Source: Pseudomonadota bacterium (GTDB lineage: Bacteria; Bdellovibrionota_B; Oligoflexia; Oligoflexales; CAIMVM01). From it: a stretch of DNA of 13,650 nucleotides. The notes beneath the pieces are model-generated. The model worked only from the letters and a program-made list of their open reading frames with translations. It made no database searches and was not told the DNA's origin. The stretch spans positions 1 to 13,650 of the forward strand of contig JBAXBA010000090.1 in assembly GCA_037142195.1 (NCBI GenBank), written 5' to 3'. Every line of letters begins with the position of its first letter. Position 1 is the stretch's first letter. Position numbers and translations under genes: made by a program. This document shows positions 1 to 7,615 of the stretch, piece by piece.

Positions 1-2489
1 TTATCAGTGCTTGAGGTAGCTCCATTCGTGATCGTGGTCTGATTGGAATCTTCCCAGTAAGCTCCAATAACTGCCGTATCTCCTGAAAGAGCGACTGATA
101 CGCCAAACTGGTCAGATGCATTGCTATTTGAGGCTTTAAGATAAGCTTCCTGGGCCCATCCAACACTAGATACAGTAAAAACAAAGGTATCACTAGCAGT
201 CAAGACACTATCGCTAACAGTAAGTGTAATCGTTGAACTGCCAGTTTGACTTAGAGCTGGTGACAGACTTATAAGGCAAGTTGGTGTTGTGCCAGATAGT
301 GTTACGTTTGCTGAAGGTATCAACGCCGTATTTGACGAGCTTGCTGTGATATCTGTGCATGTGAGTGTAGAATCTATGTCTGCAATATTGACGGCTACGT
401 TACTAAGTACGGTGTCTATACTGGTGTTTTGATTTGCAACATCTGTAATCGTCGGCGCATCGTTTACAGCATTCACCGTCAGTACAAAGGTGTCTAGAAC
501 TGTGAGAGATCCGTCTGTTACGGTTAATGTCACTGTAGATGTGCCATTTTGATTGGCTGCTGGGTTCACACTTACAGTACAGCTTGGAGCTGTACCTGCG
601 ATGGTGATGTTCGCATTAGGCAGGACTGTCGTGTTACTTGAAGCCGCAGAAAGAGACGTGGCACAAACCAGCGAAGTATCAATATCTGAAATCGTCACCG
701 CGACACCGCTTAAAGCGGTATCTTCGTTGGTCGATTGATTGGTAACATCGGAAATGACTGGAGCGTCATTGACTGCAGTTGCCGTAAAGGCAAATACACG
801 GGATGCTGTCAAAACACCATCACTCACAGTAAAGGTGATGTTCGCCGTTCCGCTTGCATTAGAAACAGGGCTTATAGTTCCTGTGCAGTTAGGCCATGTT
901 CCACTCCATGACACAGCTCCCGATGTGGCCACCACCGATGTTGTATCAGAGCTATAAAGTAAATTGGCGGCCGTACAAGTAAGAGCTCCATCCACATCGC
1001 CTGCCGTAAAGGCTACAGCTAAAGCATTATCTTCGCTTGTAATCTGAGGAGAACTAATGGGAGCCATGCTTGGAGCATCGTTAACGGCATTTACCGTTAG
1101 TACATAAGTGTCTAGAGCAGTAAGCGAGCCGTCTGTGACGGTTAACGTCACAGTAGCTGTGCCGTTTTGATTGGAAGCTGGGTTCATGCTTACGGTGCAG
1201 CTTGGAGCTGTTCCTGCGATAGTGATGTTGGCGTTTGGAAGTACCGCCGTGTTACTTGAAGCCGCAGAAAGAGACGTGGCACAAACCAGCGAAGTATCAA
1301 TATCCGAAATCGTCACCGCAACGCCATTTAAAGCGGTGTCTTCGTTGGTCGATTGATTAAGTACATCCGAAATAGTCGGAGCATCGTTAACGGCATTCAC
1401 CGTCAGTACAAATGTGTCTAGAGCTGAGAGAGATCCGTCCGTGACAGTTAACGTCACAGTAGCTGTGCCATTTTGATTGGCTGCTGGGTTCATGCTTACG
1501 GTGCAGTTTGGAGCTGTACCTGCGATGGTGATGTTGGCATTAGGAAGTACCGTCGTGTTGCTGGAAGCCGCAGAAAGAGACGTGGCACAAACCAGCGAAG
1601 TATCAATATCTGAAATCGTCACCGCGACACCGTTTAAAGCGGTATCTTCGTTGGTCGATTGATTGGTGACATTGGAGATAAGTGGAGCATCATTGACTGC
1701 GTTCACCGTGAAGGCAAACACACGTGATGCTGTCAAAACACCATCACTCACAGTAAAGGTGATGTTCGCCGTTCCGTTTGCATTTGAAACAGGAGCTATA
1801 GCACCTGTGCAGTTAGGCCATGTTCCACTCCATGACACAGCTCCTGTTGGGGCAACGATGGATGGTGAGTCGGAAGTATACTGTAAATTTGCTTCTGAAC
1901 AAATGAGTGCTCCATCCACATCACCTGCAGTAAAAGATACTGCTAAAGCAATATCTTCACTTGTAATTTGCGGGGAGGTAATGGCTGCTACTGTCGGAGC
2001 ATCGTTAACCGGTTCACTCGTGAGTGTAATAGACTTAACCATGACGGAGGTCGCCTCATCATGGGCGGTGATTTCAATTTGGGTGGAGCCATTCGCATTT
2101 ACCTCGGGCGAAATAATGGCAGTACAGTTAGGCCAAACTCCTCCCCAATTTACGGCATTTTCGGCAGCAACTAACTGGAGATTGGACGAGGTATAAGACA
2201 GAAAGGCAGAGCTGCAAGATGCTGAGCGAGACGATAGCCCTGAAATAGCAACTGGAACTTCTAAAGAAGAGTCTTCATAAAAGCTCAATGCAATAGATTC
2301 ACCTGCGCTTGGATTCGTTTCGGATTGAGTTTGAGGTGAGTCTGGCTTTGAAGGATCCGACTTGTTTCCTAAAGTTTCAATTAAAGGTTTCTTTTTTAGC
2401 CTTTTTGTCATCTTACCTTTTTGCTGGCAACCTAGAATGAAGCCTAGTAAAGACAATATAGCCAAGAAGCTGTTCAGTTTTGGTTTCAA
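1..2489 (-). CDS. Large surface lipoprotein/adhesin with tandem cadherin-like (Ig-like, VNDAP) repeats followed by FG-GAP-type repeats; 5' part only, continues beyond the left edge
   Basis: Manual translation of the minus strand. AAGGAG RBS at 2495-2500, TTG start at 2489, then MKPKLNSFLAILSLLGFILGC (lipobox, Cys21). No stop seen in the segments translated and the reading frame is consistent to the window edge. VNDAP motifs at 1995, 1683, 1377, 1071, 759 and 453 (312/306 bp spacing), with ED and DxD acidic motifs. The last ~53 codons read GWAQEAYLKASNSNASDQFGVSVALSGDTAVIGAYWEDSNQTTITNGATSSTD, which is FG-GAP-like. Confidence 0.9.
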   Translation of the reverse strand, partial: MKPKLNSFLAILSLLGFILGCQQKGKMTKRLKKKPLIETLGNKSDPSKPDSPQTQSETNPSAGESIALSFYEDSSLEVPVAISGLSSRSASCSSAFLSYTSSNLQLVAAENAVNWGGVWPNCTAIISPEVNANGSTQIEITAHDEATSVMVKSITLTSEPVNDAPTVAAITSPQITSEDIALAVSFTAGDVDGALICSEANLQYTSDSPSIVAPTGAVSWSGTWPNCTGAIAPVSNANGTANITFTVSDGVLTASRVFAFTVNAVNDAPLISNVTNQSTNEDTALNGVAVTISDIDTSLVCATSLSAASSNTTVLPNANITIAGTAPNCTVSMNPAANQNGTATVTLTVTDGSLSALDTFVLTVNAVNDAPTISDVLNQSTNEDTALNGVAVTISDIDTSLVCATSLSAASSNTAVLPNANITIAGTAPSCTVSMNPASNQNGTATVTLTVTDGSLTALDTYVLTVNAVNDAPSMAPISSPQITSEDNALAVAFTAGDVDGALTCTAANLLYSSDTTSVVATSGAVSWSGTWPNCTGTISPVSNASGTANITFTVSDGVLTASRVFAFTATAVNDAPVISDVTNQSTNEDTALSGVAVTISDIDTSLVCATSLSAASSNTTVLPNANITIAGTAPSCTVSVNPAANQNGTSTVTLTVTDGSLTVLDTFVLTVNAVNDAPTITDVANQNTSIDTVLSNVAVNIADIDSTLTCTDITASSSNTALIPSANVTLSGTTPTCLISLSPALSQTGSSTITLTVSDSVLTASDTFVFTVSSVGWAQEAYLKASNSNASDQFGVSVALSGDTAVIGAYWEDSNQTTITNGATSSTD
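165..2290 (-). repeat. Intragenic tandem domain repeats: type A (312 bp) and type B (306 bp), N-to-C order A0(divergent)-A1-B1-B2-A2-B3-B4(divergent)
   Basis: An exact 47-nt block GAAGCCGCAG...CAATATC occurs at 640-686, 1258-1304 and 1564-1610. An exact 51-nt block GATGCTGTC...GTTCCG occurs at 802-852 and 1726-1776 (924 bp apart). Outer boundaries are approximate. Confidence 0.92.
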
Positions 2490-2652
2490 ACAAACTCCTT
2501 TCGACTGTTCATTCTTACCGTAGCCATTGCCCTGAATGGATTGCTTTAGATATGAGTTCGGCCCAGCTCACGGAAAAGATGAGGACTTTCGAAAATTTCC
2601 TCTAAACTATTGTAATTATTGTTGTGTGTTCGGGTAGTTGCATGCCTATCCG

Positions 2653-2690
2653 AGTCGGCGGAATAGTCGGTGGTGGAATAGTCGGTGGAC
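2653..2690. repeat. Short imperfect tandem repeat (GGAATAGTCGGTGG x2 with a 15-nt period; AGTCGGYGG x3)
   Basis: GGAATAGTCGGTGG at 2660-2673 and 2675-2688, plus AGTCGGCGG at 2653-2661. Confidence 0.8.
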
Positions 2691-3059
2691 TTTGAAAAAG
2701 CCTTCGCAGCGCTTGAAAAATCGATCTCCCTACCCATTGAAAATGAGCGTGACCTCGCTGGCATTATCAAAGGCTTTGAGATTGTATAGGAATTATCTTG
2801 GACCGTTCTAAAAGAAGTTCTTCGTGAGTCTGGCCTCGAAGTATCGGGCCCACGAGACGTGATTAAAGCAGCTTGGCAAAATGGAATTTTAGAATCAGAC
2901 AGCGAAACCATCTGGTTGGATATGATTAAAGATCGCAATCTAACCGTTCACACCTATGATGAAAACTTTGCTAGAATGATGGTCCAAAGGATCACCGAGC
3001 AGTACACAATTGCATTTCAATCCTTATCCTTATTTTTAGCTGGGCTTCCTACGGAGTGA
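2685..3059 (+). pseudogene. HEPN-domain protein, HI0074-like nucleotidyltransferase substrate-binding family (toxin half of MNT-HEPN pairs), interrupted by an in-frame TAG at 2787-2789
   Basis: One frame reads VDFEKAFAALEKSISLPIENERDLAGIIKGFEIV*ELSWTVLKEVLRESGLEVSGPRDVIKAAWQNGILESDSETIWLDMIKDRNLTVHTYDENFA...; family hallmarks present are FE-x-x-(Y/F)-ELxW, PRxVI(K/R)xA, WLDM and the HEPN R-x4-H motif (RNLTVH) followed by TYD. The 66-aa track ORF 2859-3059 is only the part after the stop. The true start is uncertain; an in-frame TAG lies at 2679-2681. Confidence 0.85.
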
Positions 3060-3333
3060 CTCCATCAATCTTTCTGGTATTTGTGCGCTTGATATAGAAG
3101 GGGTCCCTGACAAAGACTAGATAGATCCTATCAAGCAGCTAAGGTAGAAAAGCCCTACTCCCAGAGAGCGTAAATCCTCACTGGGGGAAGAGTCTTAGGC
3201 TACAGTTAGCAGTATATAAAGCTGAAGCATATCTGGTGGCAGCATAAGTAGAGGCAAATAGCATCCGAATTGCGGCGATTTTTCTTAGGCGATACCTTCC
3301 CCAACTAAAGTGAATACTATTTTTTATGCGCCT

Positions 3334-4506
3334 TTAAATTCTTTCGTCTAAAACACTTTTAAGTCCCTCGTCCCATGGCAAGAGTTTAACTCCATCCAGG
3401 AGTCGACTGACCTTGTCTTGAGACCACACTTGAAACTTAGCGTCAGGAAAGTCTTTTCGGATGGTTTTCAGGTTTTTAATGTGGCTTTCAGATGTCTGTT
3501 GAGAGGATTTAATTTCGACAAATAGTAGCGGCTCGCCAGGTTTTTCGATCACAATATCGACTTCGATGTCGTTTTCATCTTTGTAGTAAGAGATTTTTGT
3601 TTCTGGCTGCAAGTATTTCAAAGCATGAATAACCTGTATCATGACGAACTGCTCGAAAGTCTCTCCGTAAAGGGAAGTCCCTGGCACCAAAGTCGTGGAT
3701 AGTATGCGGGCCGCAGCCCGTGAGACTCCGGTATCGAAGAAATAAAACTTTGGTGATTTTATCAGTTTCTTTCGAAACGAAAATGAAAATGGCATGACAA
3801 TATGGCCAAGCAACGTGTCTTCCAAAATGGAGTAATAGGACGCTATTGTTTTGGGATCGACGCCAATGCCTCTAGCGATGTTTGAGTGATTTATAATTTT
3901 CCCATTATACTGAGCTGCAACCTCTAAAAAACGCCTAAACGGGTCCAGGTTTCGAACAATTTGCTCGCGCTGGATTTCCTCACTTAAATAAGTTCTGACG
4001 TAACTTGCAAGGTAGTCCTGTTTCTCTTCGAGGTCTGTTGTCGAAAATATAAAAGGCAAGGTTCCCCAAGTCATGGCTTGATCTAAGTGAAAGGCATCTT
4101 GCAATTCTGAAATTAAAAGTGGAAAAAGCTCGCGAACAAATGCCCGTCCTGCTAGCAAATTCGCGCCGTCACGTTTTAGCTTTCGACCGCTGGATCCTGT
4201 TAGAATAAATCGCCAGGGGCGCTTTTCGTTTTCGAGAATGTAATGAACTACATCTAGAAGCTTAGGCACCTTTTGAATCTCATCAAGGACAATTGTGCTG
4301 ATGTTGCTAGGCAACGCTTCTATCTCACTCATTAAAGACTCAGGATCCCGAGCTAACCGCTCTTCCACCGAAGGAAGAAGTAAATCCAGCCGATAGGTGA
4401 ATTCCTCAGAAAAAAGGGCCTTTAATAACGTGCTTTTCCCGGTCCCTCGTGCTCCGAAAAGGAAAAAGCTCTTTAATTTAGGAAGCTTAACGAACCTATC
4501 AAACAA
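3334..4506 (-). CDS. AAA+ family ATP-binding protein (AAA_14 + DUF4143 type) with a C-terminal PD-(D/E)xK-like motif
   Basis: Walker A GARGTGKS, Walker B IVLDEIQ, ILTGSS, LAGR, SPKFYFFDTG and C-terminal EVDIVIE...VEIKS. Start moved from the track's 4530 to TTG 4506 (MFDRFVKLPK, 390 aa) because AGGAG (4515-4519) sits 8 nt upstream. Confidence 0.88.
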   Translation of the reverse strand: MFDRFVKLPKLKSFFLFGARGTGKSTLLKALFSEEFTYRLDLLLPSVEERLARDPESLMSEIEALPSNISTIVLDEIQKVPKLLDVVHYILENEKRPWRFILTGSSGRKLKRDGANLLAGRAFVRELFPLLISELQDAFHLDQAMTWGTLPFIFSTTDLEEKQDYLASYVRTYLSEEIQREQIVRNLDPFRRFLEVAAQYNGKIINHSNIARGIGVDPKTIASYYSILEDTLLGHIVMPFSFSFRKKLIKSPKFYFFDTGVSRAAARILSTTLVPGTSLYGETFEQFVMIQVIHALKYLQPETKISYYKDENDIEVDIVIEKPGEPLLFVEIKSSQQTSESHIKNLKTIRKDFPDAKFQVWSQDKVSRLLDGVKLLPWDEGLKSVLDERI

Positions 4507-4534
4507 AGACAACACTCCTGATAAAATCACTTTA

Positions 4535-4552
4535 TTAGGAATATACTCCTAA
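4535..4552. promoter_or_regulatory. Inverted repeat TTAGGA-N6-TCCTAA upstream of the ATPase gene (possible operator)
   Basis: Perfect 6-bp arms at 4535-4540 and 4547-4552 in an AT-rich region ~30 nt upstream of the proposed start. Function is inferred only. Confidence 0.3.
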
Positions 4553-4621
4553 ATTTGAGACTTGTACAGCAGGCTCTTCCTCCTCGAAAAATTTCAATTT
4601 TAGAGGGAGCTCTGCCTTATC

Positions 4622-6106
4622 TCAAAAGGGCCCACGAAAAGACGACGGTTGGACGCCAAAGTAGAGTGTAAACACGAGGGCAAGGATTAAAACTAGGAAG
4701 GCTCCTAGGTAAGGATTTTGATCGTTTAAATCCACTCCTGAGTCCTCTTTCATGTACATGTAAACCATAGGTCTCAAATAGTAATAGAGAGAAACCATAC
4801 TTGACATCACGGCTACTGCAACTAACGAACCGCCACCTGCTTTTGCAACCCCCATGAAGAGTTGAAACTTACCGATGAAACCGGCTGTTAGGGGAATGCC
4901 TGCTAAGGAGAGAAGAAAAACACTTACCGCAAAAGCAATCCAAGGTTTTCTGGTGTGAAGTCCTGACAAATCAGAAAGACGGATCGCTTCCCCATCTCCT
5001 CGTGAAAGAAGAGTCAATGAGGCAAAAATGCCAAGATTGGCAATGAGATAATAGACCAAATAAGTGGTCATGCTTCCAAAGACCGCCTGGGATTTGCTGG
5101 CACCAAAGACCACAAAGGTCATCAAAATGTAGCCCGTGTGGGCAATGGTGGAATAAGCAAATAGCCTCTTAAGCTCCGTTTGCATGAGGCCGACCAAACT
5201 TCCCAAAACCATAGAAAGGGCTGCCACGACCCAAAGGAATTTATAGAAGATACTCCCTTCAGACATCAAACTAGGAACTTGAAATAAGTCACTCGCCACT
5301 CTTAAAAACAAGCCAAACGCAGCTACTTTAACGGCAGTGATCATATAACCAGTAACCGGAGAGGAAGCTCCCCCGTAGACATCAGGAACCCATACCTGAA
5401 AGGGCACCGCTCCTAGTTTAAAGAGAAGTCCGGCTCCCAGCATCGCCATACCAACTTTACTCATCAGAGGCAAGCCGGTCACCCATGAAAGCTCAAGAGC
5501 AGACTTCATAGCGGAAGTGCTTAAACTTCCGGTGGCTCCATAAAGTAAAGAAACTCCATAGAGAAAAACGGCTGAGGCGATGCCTCCCATAATAAAATAC
5601 TTGAGACTTGCTTCAGAAGACGAAGCGTTATGGCGGCGAAGGCCGATAAGTACATAAGTCCCCAGGGACAAAAGCTCTATGGCGATAAAAGCGGCCACAA
5701 GCTCGGTAGTGGAGACAAGCAATATCCCTCCCATAGCTGAAAGAGTCATGAGGGAATAGAATTCAGGAAGAATGTGATGTTTCTCCCCGTAACCTATGTT
5801 CATAAGACCTGCACCCAGGGTTCCTAATAAGATAAGTACGGCAAAGAAACGGGACATATGATCGGAAATAAATACACCGTTTAAAAGTGTAACGTTTTGG
5901 TCCAAAGGTCCCACAAATAGGAAAACTAGTGCAGTTAGAAGTCCGCCTACAAAAAGAACCTGACTGACAAGATAGGCGCCTTTTCTCGCAAATGCCGCAG
6001 CGAGCATACACCCTACAGCCGTTCCCAAAAGAATCAACATCGGAACGAGCGACCAAAGTTCAGAGAACGTCAGGAGCGACAAAGGAAATGTTTTCACCAA
6101 ACTCAT
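4622..6106 (-). CDS. nuoN: NADH-quinone oxidoreductase subunit N
   Basis: 494-aa polytopic membrane protein; motifs IELLSL, EASLKYF, FKLGAVPF.WVPDVYGG, LKRLFAYSTIAHTGY and SLAGIPLTAGFIGKF. Last gene of the nuo run; TAATG overlap with nuoM. Confidence 0.96.
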   Translation of the reverse strand: MSLVKTFPLSLLTFSELWSLVPMLILLGTAVGCMLAAAFARKGAYLVSQVLFVGGLLTALVFLFVGPLDQNVTLLNGVFISDHMSRFFAVLILLGTLGAGLMNIGYGEKHHILPEFYSLMTLSAMGGILLVSTTELVAAFIAIELLSLGTYVLIGLRRHNASSSEASLKYFIMGGIASAVFLYGVSLLYGATGSLSTSAMKSALELSWVTGLPLMSKVGMAMLGAGLLFKLGAVPFQVWVPDVYGGASSPVTGYMITAVKVAAFGLFLRVASDLFQVPSLMSEGSIFYKFLWVVAALSMVLGSLVGLMQTELKRLFAYSTIAHTGYILMTFVVFGASKSQAVFGSMTTYLVYYLIANLGIFASLTLLSRGDGEAIRLSDLSGLHTRKPWIAFAVSVFLLSLAGIPLTAGFIGKFQLFMGVAKAGGGSLVAVAVMSSMVSLYYYLRPMVYMYMKEDSGVDLNDQNPYLGAFLVLILALVFTLYFGVQPSSFRGPF

Positions 6107-7611
6107 TACGGCTCCTTCACAAATTGAACATCAGAAGAGGATTTAATGCGAGCTATAAAAGACTGGGGGTAAAGCCCCACCTGAAACACAAACCAACAGA
6201 CAAGGGTCAAGGCCAGAAGGTCACTTGCTCCGATGTCTTTGGTTTCACCGCGAAAGCTCGGCTTTCCGAACATCGTTTTTTGATAAAATGACAGCATATA
6301 GATCGCGCCAAAGACCATTCCCGTTGTAGCCAGGCCTCCAAGAAGCATATGGCTTTTAAAGGCGCCTGCAAGAATCAAAAACTCACCTACAAAACCGTTG
6401 GTACCTGGTAAACCTATGGAACCCAGCATGATCACCATAAAGAAAATGGCAAGAATCGGAGTTTTCTTAGCAAAGCCCCCAAAATCCACAATCGTTCCCT
6501 CTGGGCGACGGGCATCTAAATACCCTGCCACAAGAAACAGTCCTGCAATCAAAATGCCGTGGTTAAACATTTGCAGCACAGCGCCCGAAGTCGCTTCCTC
6601 GCCCCCAGAAAAAATACCCAGCAAGATATAACTGACATGGGAAAGAGACGACCAACTGATAAGTTCTTTAACGGATTTAGAACCCAGAGCCTGAAAAGCC
6701 CCAAACAAAATCCCTACACTCGACACCAACATAAATAAAACATGGGAATATTGGAAAGCGTCCGGAAACATACCCATGAAACGAATGAGGCCATAAGTTC
6801 CCATTTTGCCCAAAACAGCCGCTATAAAGACCGTCGCCGCTGCGGGCGCCTCTTGATAGGTTTTTAAAAGCCAACCATGAAATGGAATCAGAGGCGATTT
6901 CACTAGGAAAGCAAGCATAAAGGCCAAAAAGACAAGCCCTTGCTCGGACCCTACTGCAGCCATGAGAGACGAGTTTGCAAATGCTAACTTAACATGAGCT
7001 ACATCTGCAAAGGAGGCGCTCAGAAAGCCAAACTGTCTGCCGTGCTCGCCAATCAACCAAGCAAAGGCAAACAGCATAAAGAGAGACCCTAATGCCGTAT
7101 AGATAAAAAATCTTACCGCAGCTCGAATGCGGTCCTTGCCTCCAAACATACCAATTAAAAAATAACTGGGGATGAGGACAAATTCCCAGAACATAAAAAA
7201 GATCAAAAGATCGGCTGCAGCAAAGGCACCAAGGGCCCCTGTTTGAAGAAGCAAGAGAAGACCTACAAAGATCTTTTCTTTTGCTTCTGGCATGCAGGTA
7301 AACGATCGCGCACCGAGAAAAATCAAGAGGGTGACGACAGAGACCAAAAGCCCCATCACGATGCTGATGCCATCAAATCCAAGATGAAATCTTGATCCCA
7401 CCTCGGAAAACCATGGTTGATCCACCCCGAGCTGAAGCCCCTTCAACTCAGGATCAAACATCACCCACGCTTTACACATTAAGGCAAACGTAACCAAGGA
7501 AAAGGCTAGCCCCAAATTCCAAGCATGTTTTGCCCAAGCTCTTGGCAATAGAAAGATAAGAACACCAAAAAAGGCAGGAAGACAAACGATCCAACTCAAT
7601 AAATTACACAT
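6106..7611 (-). CDS. nuoM: NADH-quinone oxidoreductase subunit M
   Basis: Motifs FHLGFDGIS, FWEFVLIP, FFIYT.LGS, VKSP..PFHGWL, GKMGTYG, QMFNHG and GLPGTNGFVGEF. Start set at ATG 7611 (MCNLLSW, 501 aa), just after the nuoL stop, rather than the track's 7662 which lies inside nuoL. Confidence 0.95.
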   Translation of the reverse strand: MCNLLSWIVCLPAFFGVLIFLLPRAWAKHAWNLGLAFSLVTFALMCKAWVMFDPELKGLQLGVDQPWFSEVGSRFHLGFDGISIVMGLLVSVVTLLIFLGARSFTCMPEAKEKIFVGLLLLLQTGALGAFAAADLLIFFMFWEFVLIPSYFLIGMFGGKDRIRAAVRFFIYTALGSLFMLFAFAWLIGEHGRQFGFLSASFADVAHVKLAFANSSLMAAVGSEQGLVFLAFMLAFLVKSPLIPFHGWLLKTYQEAPAAATVFIAAVLGKMGTYGLIRFMGMFPDAFQYSHVLFMLVSSVGILFGAFQALGSKSVKELISWSSLSHVSYILLGIFSGGEEATSGAVLQMFNHGILIAGLFLVAGYLDARRPEGTIVDFGGFAKKTPILAIFFMVIMLGSIGLPGTNGFVGEFLILAGAFKSHMLLGGLATTGMVFGAIYMLSFYQKTMFGKPSFRGETKDIGASDLLALTLVCWFVFQVGLYPQSFIARIKSSSDVQFVKEP

Positions 7612-7615
7612 AGGC

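Noticed and set aside
640..1776. Diversity-generating retroelement (template/variable repeat) interpretation of the near-identical adhesin repeats
   Set aside because: All copies are in-frame coding domains, the differences do not appear restricted to adenines, and no reverse transcriptase is present in the window.
553..2196. Plus-strand track ORFs 553-738, 739-957, 1171-1356, 1477-1662, 1663-2196 and 1968-2174, several of which resemble each other like a peptide family
   Set aside because: They are antisense shadows of the repeated minus-strand adhesin domains; their mutual similarity simply mirrors the DNA repeats.
2787..2789. Genome-wide TAG reassignment (alternative genetic code) as the explanation for the HEPN internal stop
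   Set aside because: nuoK ends with TAG at its expected length, 3 nt before the nuoL start, and the other long genes are open under the standard code.
2546..2938. 130-aa minus-strand ORF
   Set aside because: It is antisense to the clearly recognisable HEPN frame, has low-complexity composition and shows no family motifs.
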